Below, one piece after another: positions 55,571 through 64,000 of a stretch of 64,000 nucleotides of DNA; positions within the stretch are counted from its first letter, which is position 1, and every line of letters begins with the position of its first letter. Below the pieces are notes generated by a model. It was not told the DNA's origin. It did no database searches and saw nothing but the letters and a program-made list of their open reading frames with translations. Source of the DNA: Schizochytrium sp. TIO01 (Eukaryota > Protista > Bigyra: Labyrinthulomycetes); NCBI GenBank assembly GCA_004764695.1, contig SMSO01000032.1, positions 2,542,001-2,606,000 of the forward strand. The letters run 5' to 3'. Made by a program: the position numbers and the translations under genes.

Positions 55571-56706
55571 TGTAACGCAAATCTCAACTCTCAAAATTTA
55601 GAGCTTTGCTAGAGTTCCTTCTGCCAGCCCGTAAAATGCATACACTCCAAAAGTCATTCGACCTCGGTTCCCTTTCAAAGTGCGCAGATCCTTCAAATGC
55701 CAAATACTTCATCGATCGCTCCCAACTCTGTCAATGCCACGCTCCTGAACCTCGTATCCACCAAGTCTGTTATCATACCTCGCTTTGCCATTCTCAACTG
55801 TACTCAATCCTCCAACCGACCTCCGCCGCGTCCTTTAATCTGCGCACCCCCATACTTCAAAATATACGCAGGTCGTGTATTCTTCGGCCCCCTTAGAACC
55901 CCTGCTAATAACAATGAGACGGTCACTGCTATTGTTTACAGTAGGTGGATCCGTACCTCGAAGGTACCAAGAAAAGGGCGACATTTCCGGGATGCAGAAG
56001 TTGTTAGAATCGTCAACGATGTTGGAGTTCGAGTTCTTCGTTGGCAATGGTTGGATTTGGATTCAGGGTTTGGGTTGACTCCGTTGACATCGGTGCAATT
56101 TTGCAGCTTCAGCCTAGCGGTGCCTTGAGACTTCACCACCGAGGTCAAGAATTGGCACTGGCTGGTTTAGTGCTTGGTCGATTGAATGTAAAGTTTACAA
56201 TATAGTAGTGCAGAGGGAATGCGGAGTAACGGATAACGGTGGGATGGCGCGAGTCGAGTCCCAGACGCAGAGTAGCAACGACTGAAGCTTTTGAGACGAA
56301 GCGTGAGTGGGCCGATGGACTAGTTTGGTGGGCTGGATCTTCTAGAGGTCTTCGCCGCCATCTTGCGAGCTGGAGACCTTTCGAGTCCAAGCTGCTTTTA
56401 GCACAGTCGCTGTTCTTGCCTGGAATTGAGGAGTAAAGAGCGCCTTTATGGTCATTGAAAGTGGGTAAGGGAGTAATAAAAGATAGAAATGATGCTGTCA
56501 AAACCGTTCGTTCGCTCGTTCGTTCGTTAACTGGTTGGATCTTGCGTCAGGCCGTGCCGAATGAGAAGTGCTTAGAGTTTTAGATATGTGCATTGGGCAG
56601 CAGGAGGAAGCGTGATAGATTCTTGCTTGTAAAGTATATCCTTAACGCGCCTGCAGAGACCAACGGTGTCTACTTGGGGAGTAGAAGCTGAAGACGCATA
56701 CTGAGA

Positions 56707-59700
56707 ATGCGCAAGACCAACATTACGGGTGGGTCAGCTTTGGGCTTATCAAAATTGCAGACCCAAGATCCGTGGCAAGATTGCAGACAGCAGCGGCAAA
56801 AGGATAGCGAAATGATGATGCAATGGCAAGGCTATGATTTGCTACAGAATGATGCCGCTACGCCGTCGACGAGTCATAACATGGCACAAACTACGACAAG
56901 ACTTTCTCTGGCAGAACTTCGACTCCACGGCTCCGATAAATCCGAAAAGCAAAAGTTTCAACAGCAGCTGCAACAACAAAACCACGTGGATACAGGAGAA
57001 GATAGATTGCAGCGACTTGCACAGGCTCGAAAGGTAGAAGATACGATAGAGTTGTCGTCACAGACCTCGGCTGTGACAACTCCTCCATCAACGTCAACAT
57101 CAGCGAAACCACCGTCATGTATTTCCCCTGTCCAAAGTTCTCTTGGAATCGGATTTTCATCCGATCTAAGCTCTGGAGTGTGGTCAAAGCGAGGCAAATG
57201 TCTTGAAGACCCATCAGGGAGTTTGGCTATTGACAATCTTCGTCAGGAAGATGTAGATCGCGATCTTCGGCCAGAGAAGGTCACCACAGCATCCAGAAGT
57301 TATTCGAAACCACAGGCTCGATCTCCTGAGAGAAATTCTATATTCAGCAGAAATGAATTCTGCTTGAGCGACACGAAAGCCAGTCAAGACAAAGTTGGTA
57401 TTATCTGTGACGACAAAAACAAAGTCACAAGTGCCAGTGAACAACAGAAACATGGGGATGAATCTCAGAGTGAAGATGAGAGCGAAGAGGGTGGCGAAGA
57501 TGACGATGACGATGAGGAAGATGATGATGATCGTGAAGAAGAAGAAGAAGAAGAAGAAGAAGAAGAAGAAGAAGAAGAAGAAGAAGAAGAAGAAGAAGAA
57601 GAAGAAGAAGAAGAAGAAGAAGAAGAAGAAGAAGAAGATGATGATGATGATGATAGCTCCTGTGAGGAGATGGATGGAGACGACCTTCGTCTCGCTGGGG
57701 AATACGGCCGAGCCCTGCTAGATCTTCTTGAGAAGGAATCTCGACGCGCCCACATCCTTTCAGATCTTCTCAACCGTGAACAGAAAGTTAATCAAGAACT
57801 GGTGCGCAAGCAAGAAGACATTTCTCGTCTACGAAGACGAGCTACGTATCAACAAACACATCTCGAGCAGCTTGAAGATCAAGCCCATGAGCTTGAACAG
57901 TCTCTTAATCAGCAGAAGAAAGCTGCTCTTGAGGAGAAACGCCGCCGACGAGCTCTAGAACGTGAGATCGAGAAGCTTAGAAGCCTCGTCTCTGAGCGAG
58001 ACACATTTCGTACAGGTGAAATGTGTGGTCTTGATGAAAACTCTAGATCAGATAATATGAGTGATCGCCATGTTTCTGATCTCGGCACCTTTGATGAGAG
58101 CTTTGGCGGAATGAGTAGTGAGTTTGAGGAAGACCCAAGTTTGATGTTGCGTCATTCACCTAGTCAAGAGGTACGAGATGTTCTGCGTCAACGCTACATG
58201 CAAGTTGTGTCAGATGATCGTGATGATGACGACGAGGAAGATTACTATAGAAACCCTTATCATCACCGGGGACGACTAGAGCTTGCTGATGGGATGTATA
58301 AAGAAATGGATCGAGATTCAGAAATGCACGACGCACGCACATTAGCACAGACAGCGGCTCTTGTGGGGCAAAAAATGACCTTGCTTGCAAATGAAAAGGT
58401 TCAGCATGATCAAGAAGACGAACACTTTTTTCCTGTACAAGATGGTCTGGAAGATCCTATGGAAGACATGGCTGCCACAATTCGCTCTCAACAACTGGAG
58501 CGAGAGCAACAACTTCGAGCCCTCCCCGATTGCGATGACAACGAATCATATGTTTCAGAGCTATTCCTTTGCTCAAGCTCACAGGTTCCAAACATAGGTC
58601 TACAGGAAGATTCATTCTATGAACCTGGGGAAGAGTCTTTGCTTGCACCTGACGCATCCGAGTTTGAGGAGATTCGAGCAATGTATGAGGAGGAGCGCGA
58701 GCGCAGACAACAACTTCAAGAAGAAGTGCAATCCCTACTAGAGGAATGCGAATTACAGCGCCAGCGTGCCGAACGAAGACGAACAAGGGGTAGACCTTCC
58801 GGTCGCCAGAGTGGCCTTTTTGCTGCTCGATTCGGTGATCAGACGAGTGGTGCAGTTATGCTTGGTAATATTCGTAGTGTTAGTCAAGAGGACGCAAAGT
58901 ACACCTTGGCAGTTGATTTTGCTGTTCACAAACTAAGTTCCGAGCTCGGATATAAGCAATCCAGGCGTGCAACAATTGGCAAGTGTGAGATTTTCACTGC
59001 CGGGCTTTCAAGGCGAAGGACCTTCATGAATCGCCCCAAACATCCCATTAGCGAGGATGCCCCATTGCTTTTAGAGGAAGACTTTATCGAGCCTTTATCT
59101 TCAACTCAATGGCAACTTCAATCCACACGAAAATCAAAGCCAAGCATCCTGCTTTTAGATGAGATGGAGACTCTTGAACCCATCGTTAGTTCTCCTTCAC
59201 CGACGGCACGCATGGCTGACATTTCTACTCCACCTCGGCGTGGATCTGCTGCCGCTGCTGCTGCCGCTGCTGCTGTTGCAAGTGCGTCTCCATGGGGCCC
59301 TGTCCCACCTCCTTCTCGAAGGCCACCCCCTTCGTTGCGTCTCATGCGAGAGCCTATTCCCCTGCCTGATATGGAACCAGGTAGACTTAAACTTCGAACG
59401 GGGGCTGATGGCCATAAACGAAGAATTGGGGTCGGTACAATGGTATCACATGGCGATTCACACATGACATATGTTATCCAAGTAGAAAATGACCATGGTG
59501 GTTGGCGTATGGTCCAAACCCGGTATAGCCAGTTTGATCATATTTTCAATTGGCTTTGCGAACATCATGACGGAGGTCTTCTATCCACTGCCCCTCTACC
59601 CTATCCTCGAGGCTACGGATGGTTTTCTGCGGGCAGTTCAACTGATCCTCAAAATGTCAAGGAGCGTCGTAGTTGGCTAGAGTATTCTATTCTTGCCGTT

Positions 59701-59781
59701 CAGCAGCAGCAGCCTGCTTTGATCGACGTCCTTATGGATCATATAGGTATTCTCGGCGCTCGTGCATCACCACAGTACTAA
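56707..59781 (+). CDS. Uncharacterised acidic coiled-coil protein with a C-terminal PX-like domain, 1024 aa
   Basis: Long open ORF with coiled-coil-like segments. The C-terminus TYVIQV...W.MVQTRYSQFDHIFNWL...PLPYPRG..WF......NVKERRSWLE resembles the PX consensus (RYSxF, PxxP, ERRxxLE). Confidence 0.8.
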   Translation: MRKTNITGGSALGLSKLQTQDPWQDCRQQRQKDSEMMMQWQGYDLLQNDAATPSTSHNMAQTTTRLSLAELRLHGSDKSEKQKFQQQLQQQNHVDTGEDRLQRLAQARKVEDTIELSSQTSAVTTPPSTSTSAKPPSCISPVQSSLGIGFSSDLSSGVWSKRGKCLEDPSGSLAIDNLRQEDVDRDLRPEKVTTASRSYSKPQARSPERNSIFSRNEFCLSDTKASQDKVGIICDDKNKVTSASEQQKHGDESQSEDESEEGGEDDDDDEEDDDDREEEEEEEEEEEEEEEEEEEEEEEEEEEEEEEEEEDDDDDDSSCEEMDGDDLRLAGEYGRALLDLLEKESRRAHILSDLLNREQKVNQELVRKQEDISRLRRRATYQQTHLEQLEDQAHELEQSLNQQKKAALEEKRRRRALEREIEKLRSLVSERDTFRTGEMCGLDENSRSDNMSDRHVSDLGTFDESFGGMSSEFEEDPSLMLRHSPSQEVRDVLRQRYMQVVSDDRDDDDEEDYYRNPYHHRGRLELADGMYKEMDRDSEMHDARTLAQTAALVGQKMTLLANEKVQHDQEDEHFFPVQDGLEDPMEDMAATIRSQQLEREQQLRALPDCDDNESYVSELFLCSSSQVPNIGLQEDSFYEPGEESLLAPDASEFEEIRAMYEEERERRQQLQEEVQSLLEECELQRQRAERRRTRGRPSGRQSGLFAARFGDQTSGAVMLGNIRSVSQEDAKYTLAVDFAVHKLSSELGYKQSRRATIGKCEIFTAGLSRRRTFMNRPKHPISEDAPLLLEEDFIEPLSSTQWQLQSTRKSKPSILLLDEMETLEPIVSSPSPTARMADISTPPRRGSAAAAAAAAAVASASPWGPVPPPSRRPPPSLRLMREPIPLPDMEPGRLKLRTGADGHKRRIGVGTMVSHGDSHMTYVIQVENDHGGWRMVQTRYSQFDHIFNWLCEHHDGGLLSTAPLPYPRGYGWFSAGSSTDPQNVKERRSWLEYSILAVQQQQPALIDVLMDHIGILGARASPQY
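57535..57636 (+). repeat. (GAA)34 coding microsatellite encoding poly-Glu
   Basis: Perfect GAA run in frame within the 56707-59781 ORF, flanked by GAT/GAC Asp codons. Confidence 0.95.
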
Positions 59782-60293
59782 AAAAGCGTCACATACGAAA
59801 GAAACAAAAGCAAACTCTTTAATTTTAAAAAACATGTTTGATTGCCAAAGAGAACAGGTGTCAGTGCTTTGGGCAATTTGATTCAGAAGCTGGGTTCACC
59901 TTGATCCCGTCAGTGGTAGGGTTAAAATGACATATTGAAAGTTTCAAGTTCATGACATTTATTTACGCTTTTTAGAACAGCACTTAAGAATGAACGGAAT
60001 CGATCGTTTTATGCGTGAGTATTTAGAGTCATGTACACAATGAGGATTCGCAGCTTTAGAACACACGGGTCTCTTTAGAGAATAGAGATATGTAAACCAC
60101 GCAGTGATCACATAGATATATAAGAAAAGAAAATTTATCGCTTTGGCAATAAGGTCTATTACAATACCATACAACTGTGCAGTGAAAACAGCAAGGAAGC
60201 GCTCGAGGTAGTCTTAAAAGAGATTGACATGAGAATGGATTCTTTAAAAAATGGAGAGCGGGATCATACAAAAAGTGAGTGATTGATCTTGGA

Positions 60294-61955
60294 TCAGCGC
60301 GGACTTGATTTTTGCGAGGTAGGGGTGTTAGGAAAGCTTTTCAAGTCGTCCTCGATGCTATCTGAGCGACGACGAGCAACCTTGCCCTGCTTTGGTTTGG
60401 GCACGAACTTGGGCCAGTTCTTGAGGCATCCCAATGATCCTGAGACAACACCAAGAATACCGATAAACCAAAGCGGAAACATACGGAAGAACGGAAATTT
60501 GAGACGGTTGAGCAGAATACCAAGATTACAAAGAGCAGCAATCAGCTCGTTGTTCTGCTCCGCAACAGCATCATCCACTTCTGCTCTCCGAGTGCTTAGT
60601 TCAGAACGAAGTTCATCAGGATTACGCCCAAGGTAAGGTCTTTCGCTAGCGCTTCCGACTGAATCAAATCGATCACTATTTCGGCGCGTAAGAGAGGCAC
60701 CAGAGCTGGAGATACTGGCAGTATCCTCACTCGAAGTGCTTCCTTCATCTTCAAAGGAGTCTCGGCGGCCAACACTTTCTGGAGAGAGTAAAGCTTCTGC
60801 CCGATTAATGCGATCACGATAACGGTCTTGAAGACGCTGATCCTCCTTGCGAAGGCTTCTCACCTGCATTATACAATGGACGATAGCAAACGCAAGACGC
60901 CCAAGCGATGCATAATTCTTGAAGTCTTTCCATCGCTGGACGCGCTTATCAGCTTTTGCTCGCTGATGCAATGCCTTTATATGCTTTGCTTGAAGTTGAA
61001 CATAATGATCATAAGAAAGCTTTGGGTAGGCCTCAAAGAGCATCTTCCTGATTTCCTTTTCACGAGGATAACGATTAATTAGGTTTGCCTGAGCTGCCCA
61101 GATCATGTTGTCAAAGACATAGTACCAAAAGGAAAAGGTGTTCATGAGTACAGCAAGAAACCTAGTAACAAGGGCATGATACTTGGTAGGATGAACACCA
61201 AGATATGAGTCTGGGGCGGTGAGAGCAACACGTGCTCTTTCATACTCTTTGATCCATTTGCCAAGACGGAACACCTTGCGACCACTACTCATGGACTCTT
61301 CTAGTTTTTTCCAGGGGGCTTCGTCTGAGTCTTCAATGCCTGACAGGTTTAACGGTTGACTTCCCCAGAACATTGCAGCATACTGGATCACCGAGGCAGC
61401 CTTATCGCGTCCACTAGAGCGGCCCAGAAGAACAGAAAGTCTCGCAAGGTAAGTAGCAATAATTCGCTCAATACGATGTAAAGTACCAGCTACACCTTTG
61501 AATGGTTTCTTCACTTCCCCAATGGGCATCTGATACTTGTTGAACTCATATACAGCAGTATCTTGGCCGATAGGGTCGGTACTACGAATGATGAAACGAA
61601 GGTCCTCTGGCTTTTTCAAAGCTGAGCGTACAGGTGATTTGACATTCGAGTCATGCGGGGCATGTCTAATCTCTGCTCCTACTTCTATTGTGGTGGGCTT
61701 GGCCTCACTGATAGTAACACTCTTGCGCCTGGTCAAAGGAACATCAAGCTCAAGGTGCAATGTGGAACCCCTTGTAGAATGCTTGGCCTTCAGAAACGCA
61801 TTCTTTTCTTCATCGTGATCATCGCTGTCCTCAATTTCAGATTGCTCTCGCTCATCCCGATGACTTTCATGCTTCACTTCCTCGCCAGCTACTTGGGTCT
61901 TGAAAACAATCTCTGCTCGAGGGGCTAGCTCTGCACTTTCTTGTTGGCCCGCCAT
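60294..61955 (-). CDS. PEX11: PEX11-family peroxisomal membrane protein with a long N-terminal extension, 553 aa
   Basis: SSGRDKAASVIQY, MSSGRKVFRLGK, FWYYVFDNMIW and a C-terminal hydrophobic IGILGVVSGSLG segment are PEX11 hallmarks. Confidence 0.85.
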   Translation of the reverse strand: MAGQQESAELAPRAEIVFKTQVAGEEVKHESHRDEREQSEIEDSDDHDEEKNAFLKAKHSTRGSTLHLELDVPLTRRKSVTISEAKPTTIEVGAEIRHAPHDSNVKSPVRSALKKPEDLRFIIRSTDPIGQDTAVYEFNKYQMPIGEVKKPFKGVAGTLHRIERIIATYLARLSVLLGRSSGRDKAASVIQYAAMFWGSQPLNLSGIEDSDEAPWKKLEESMSSGRKVFRLGKWIKEYERARVALTAPDSYLGVHPTKYHALVTRFLAVLMNTFSFWYYVFDNMIWAAQANLINRYPREKEIRKMLFEAYPKLSYDHYVQLQAKHIKALHQRAKADKRVQRWKDFKNYASLGRLAFAIVHCIMQVRSLRKEDQRLQDRYRDRINRAEALLSPESVGRRDSFEDEGSTSSEDTASISSSGASLTRRNSDRFDSVGSASERPYLGRNPDELRSELSTRRAEVDDAVAEQNNELIAALCNLGILLNRLKFPFFRMFPLWFIGILGVVSGSLGCLKNWPKFVPKPKQGKVARRRSDSIEDDLKSFPNTPTSQKSSPR

Positions 61956-63401
61956 GGTCTCACCCTTTTCGGAATCCCAAAGAGTTCTTAATTCCCAAAT
62001 GTGTCTTGGCGCAACAACAAAATTCCGCGGTACGTAAGTAATGCTTCTCCAAAACTCTTATTCCAGACGCCTGTCGATTGCCTCGAAAGTACTTATGCTT
62101 GCTGCTCTTCAAGTCTAGAAGCGTCTCTACCCTTCGCAACTTGCGTACGAATCGCGTACGAATGCAATGCACAAGTTTGAGTAATGCAATGTTCTGTAAT
62201 TCAATATATAAGGCTCTGGGAGGTGGGCTCACGAGCGGACTGGAGTCTGTCTACGCGGCTGATGGGGCGCGACTCGCTCTGCGCAGAGCGTATCCAGGGT
62301 CCGGGCGGTCGCCGCCAGCTGACACAGGATGTTGCGGAGGGGGGCAATGCGGTTTTGGCGCTGGCGTTCGTGCAGAGCCGAGCAGAGGCGCAGCGAAATG
62401 GGTCAGAACGAGATTGAAAGCTGTCGGAGAAAGAAATAGCAGCTTCAAAGACCTTTTTATCAATTTCTCCTCTCTTTTCAGTTCTTGAAGAAAGACGTTT
62501 TATCAGAGGCTCACTAGAGGGACTTACCAGAAAGGCTAAGGGTGTGTGCTAGAATGGTTTTCTAGAGTTGTGGCGGAAATCGTGTGGAAAATTCGAAGTA
62601 CTTGAGAACTCCGACGCAAACCTGCAGAGAAGGAACCTTAGGTCTGATAGAGCACTTCTGCAAAATATTGGCTCGATCCATGGTGTTTGGAGCAAGTTTT
62701 GACGCATCCTTCGCCTTGCTCTGGGGGCGACTGAGGATTTTCATTTTCAGTTAATTACACTTTCTCTTTCAGTCTTTTTCCATTTAGTTTATACCATAAA
62801 TCATACAGAATTAACAAAAGTGAAAAATGAAAAACATATGAACGAGCCAACCCCTGAAAACCTGGAGGATGATGATGCTTTCGCGTGGACTCATTTCCCC
62901 ACATTTCGATGACGCCCCAAGCACCGTCATCAAAGCCCCCAGCCCTTAGCAGCATTATTTTCAACTCCATGCGCTTATCCCAAGACAACGGAGCATTCTT
63001 TCTACATTATTTCACAACTCCAGTAGTCCTCGTACCACCTCCTGCTATGGCTTACTTAGGCGGGTACCTACGATTCTATAGAGCAACCAACTCATATGAG
63101 CCATTGAAAACAACTTAAAGAGCAGCAAAAGAAAGAAAAGCGATTCAAGTTCTTCCTTCCTTCATTCCATCCTTTCTGCAAAACCCAAAACTTCGGACTT
63201 CTTTGCGGAATTCGATGCACAGCTCACCGGACCTCGCATGGCGCGGGCCAAGACAGCGTCGCGGCGATGATCAAGGGCTCCTCCTCCTCCGCTGCTGCTG
63301 CTGCTGCGCTGCTGCGTGAGAAGCCTCCAGTTGAAGCTTGCAGGGACCACTCACGGCTACTGACCTCCAGAGCTGCAGCAGTTTGCGCTTCTTGTAGCAT
63401 T

Positions 63402-63596
63402 ACAAATAAATAAATAAACAAACAAACAAACAAACAAACAAACCAAACAAACAAACAAACAAACAAACAAACAAACAAACAAACAAACAAACAAACAAAC
63501 AAACAAACAAACAAACAAACAAACAAACAAACAAACAAACAAACAAACAAACAAACAAACAAACAAACAAACAAACAAACAAACAAACAAACAAAC
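63402..63596. repeat. (AAAC)n microsatellite of ~190 bp, preceded by (AAAT)3
   Basis: Directly visible in the sequence. Confidence 0.97.
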
Positions 63597-63756
63597 CATG
63601 GTTCATTGTGGCGTTGCTGATGCCCGGATTGCAGAGCTTTGCCAAAGACTTGCCAAAGATTTGCCAAACCCAGGAAGGATCAAGGGCATTTGATGGACTC
63701 TCCGAGTTGGCGTTTGCCACTCTAAATCAGTTCTGCAAACACAGGAGTTTTGACCT

Positions 63757-63842
63757 CGCAACTGCAATCTTTGGTTGAGTCATCAAAGGAACTCCAATGC
63801 GCAACTGCAATCTTTGGTTGAGTCATCAAAGGAACTCCAATG
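63757..63842. repeat. Perfect 43-bp tandem duplication
   Basis: cgcaactgcaatctttggttgagtcatcaaaggaactccaatg occurs at 63757-63799 and again at 63800-63842. Confidence 0.93.
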
Positions 63843-64000
63843 AGCGATGTCGATCAGGCTAAACAAAGCATTTTAGCGCAACCACTGTACTTTCTTTTGC
63901 CCTTAGGCGTTTTAGCTTTGCACGTGCGAATTGCGGTTTTGGCGATGGCCTCAGTCATCTCCGTGGAAGCGTGTAATTTTACTCTACTAGGAGAGTGCAA

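Noticed and set aside
55606-56501. Short ORFs (e.g. 55697-56128) and a minus-strand frame with repeated TGA codons, as a selenoprotein or recoded gene
   Set aside because: No recognisable motifs and no SECIS-like structure seen. This is more likely promoter/5' UTR sequence between the divergent CFAP65 and PX-protein genes.
57395-57773. Poly-Lys and poly-Ser ORFs
   Set aside because: They are alternative-frame and antisense readings of the GAA repeat.
63224-63720. ORFs encoding FVCL repeats (and the similar ones at 29203-29508)
   Set aside because: They are translation artefacts of (TTTG)n/(AAAC)n microsatellites.
63757-63842. 43-bp direct repeat with an internal hairpin as a CRISPR-like repeat
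   Set aside because: Only two abutting copies with no spacer.

Overview
This is eukaryotic nuclear DNA with long genes lacking evident introns, AT-rich spacers and frequent microsatellites. Together with two flagellar genes, this suggests an intron-poor flagellated protist, possibly a thraustochytrid/labyrinthulomycete (inference). Gene order: arrestin-fold protein (+), calmodulin-lysine N-methyltransferase (-), three tandem full-size ABCA transporters (-; the first split by a 1-bp insertion), a ~6-kb gene-free interval with microsatellites and decayed coding-like sequence, an MDR/PTGR-like NADP oxidoreductase with a PTS1 (-), an SH3 plus multi-IQ protein (+), a CaMK1-like kinase (-), a Mei2-like RRM protein (+), tRNA-Gly(GCC) (-), WDR35/IFT121 (+), CFAP65 (-), a coiled-coil/PX protein with a poly-Glu tract (+) and a PEX11-family protein (-). 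No CRISPR array, rRNA or intact mobile element was seen. The best leads are: (1) patchwork homogenisation of the ABCA nucleotide-binding domains while the extracellular domains diverge; (2) a TAGGTACCTA palindrome upstream of all three ABCA copies; (3) an arrestin with both a myristoylation motif and a PSAP late domain; (4) a putative dynein adaptor with a CC1-box-like motif and a PX domain; (5) a CaMK with Asp at the activation-loop Thr; (6) a tRNA-Gly with a U73 discriminator. All calls come from reading motifs by eye; no searches were run.
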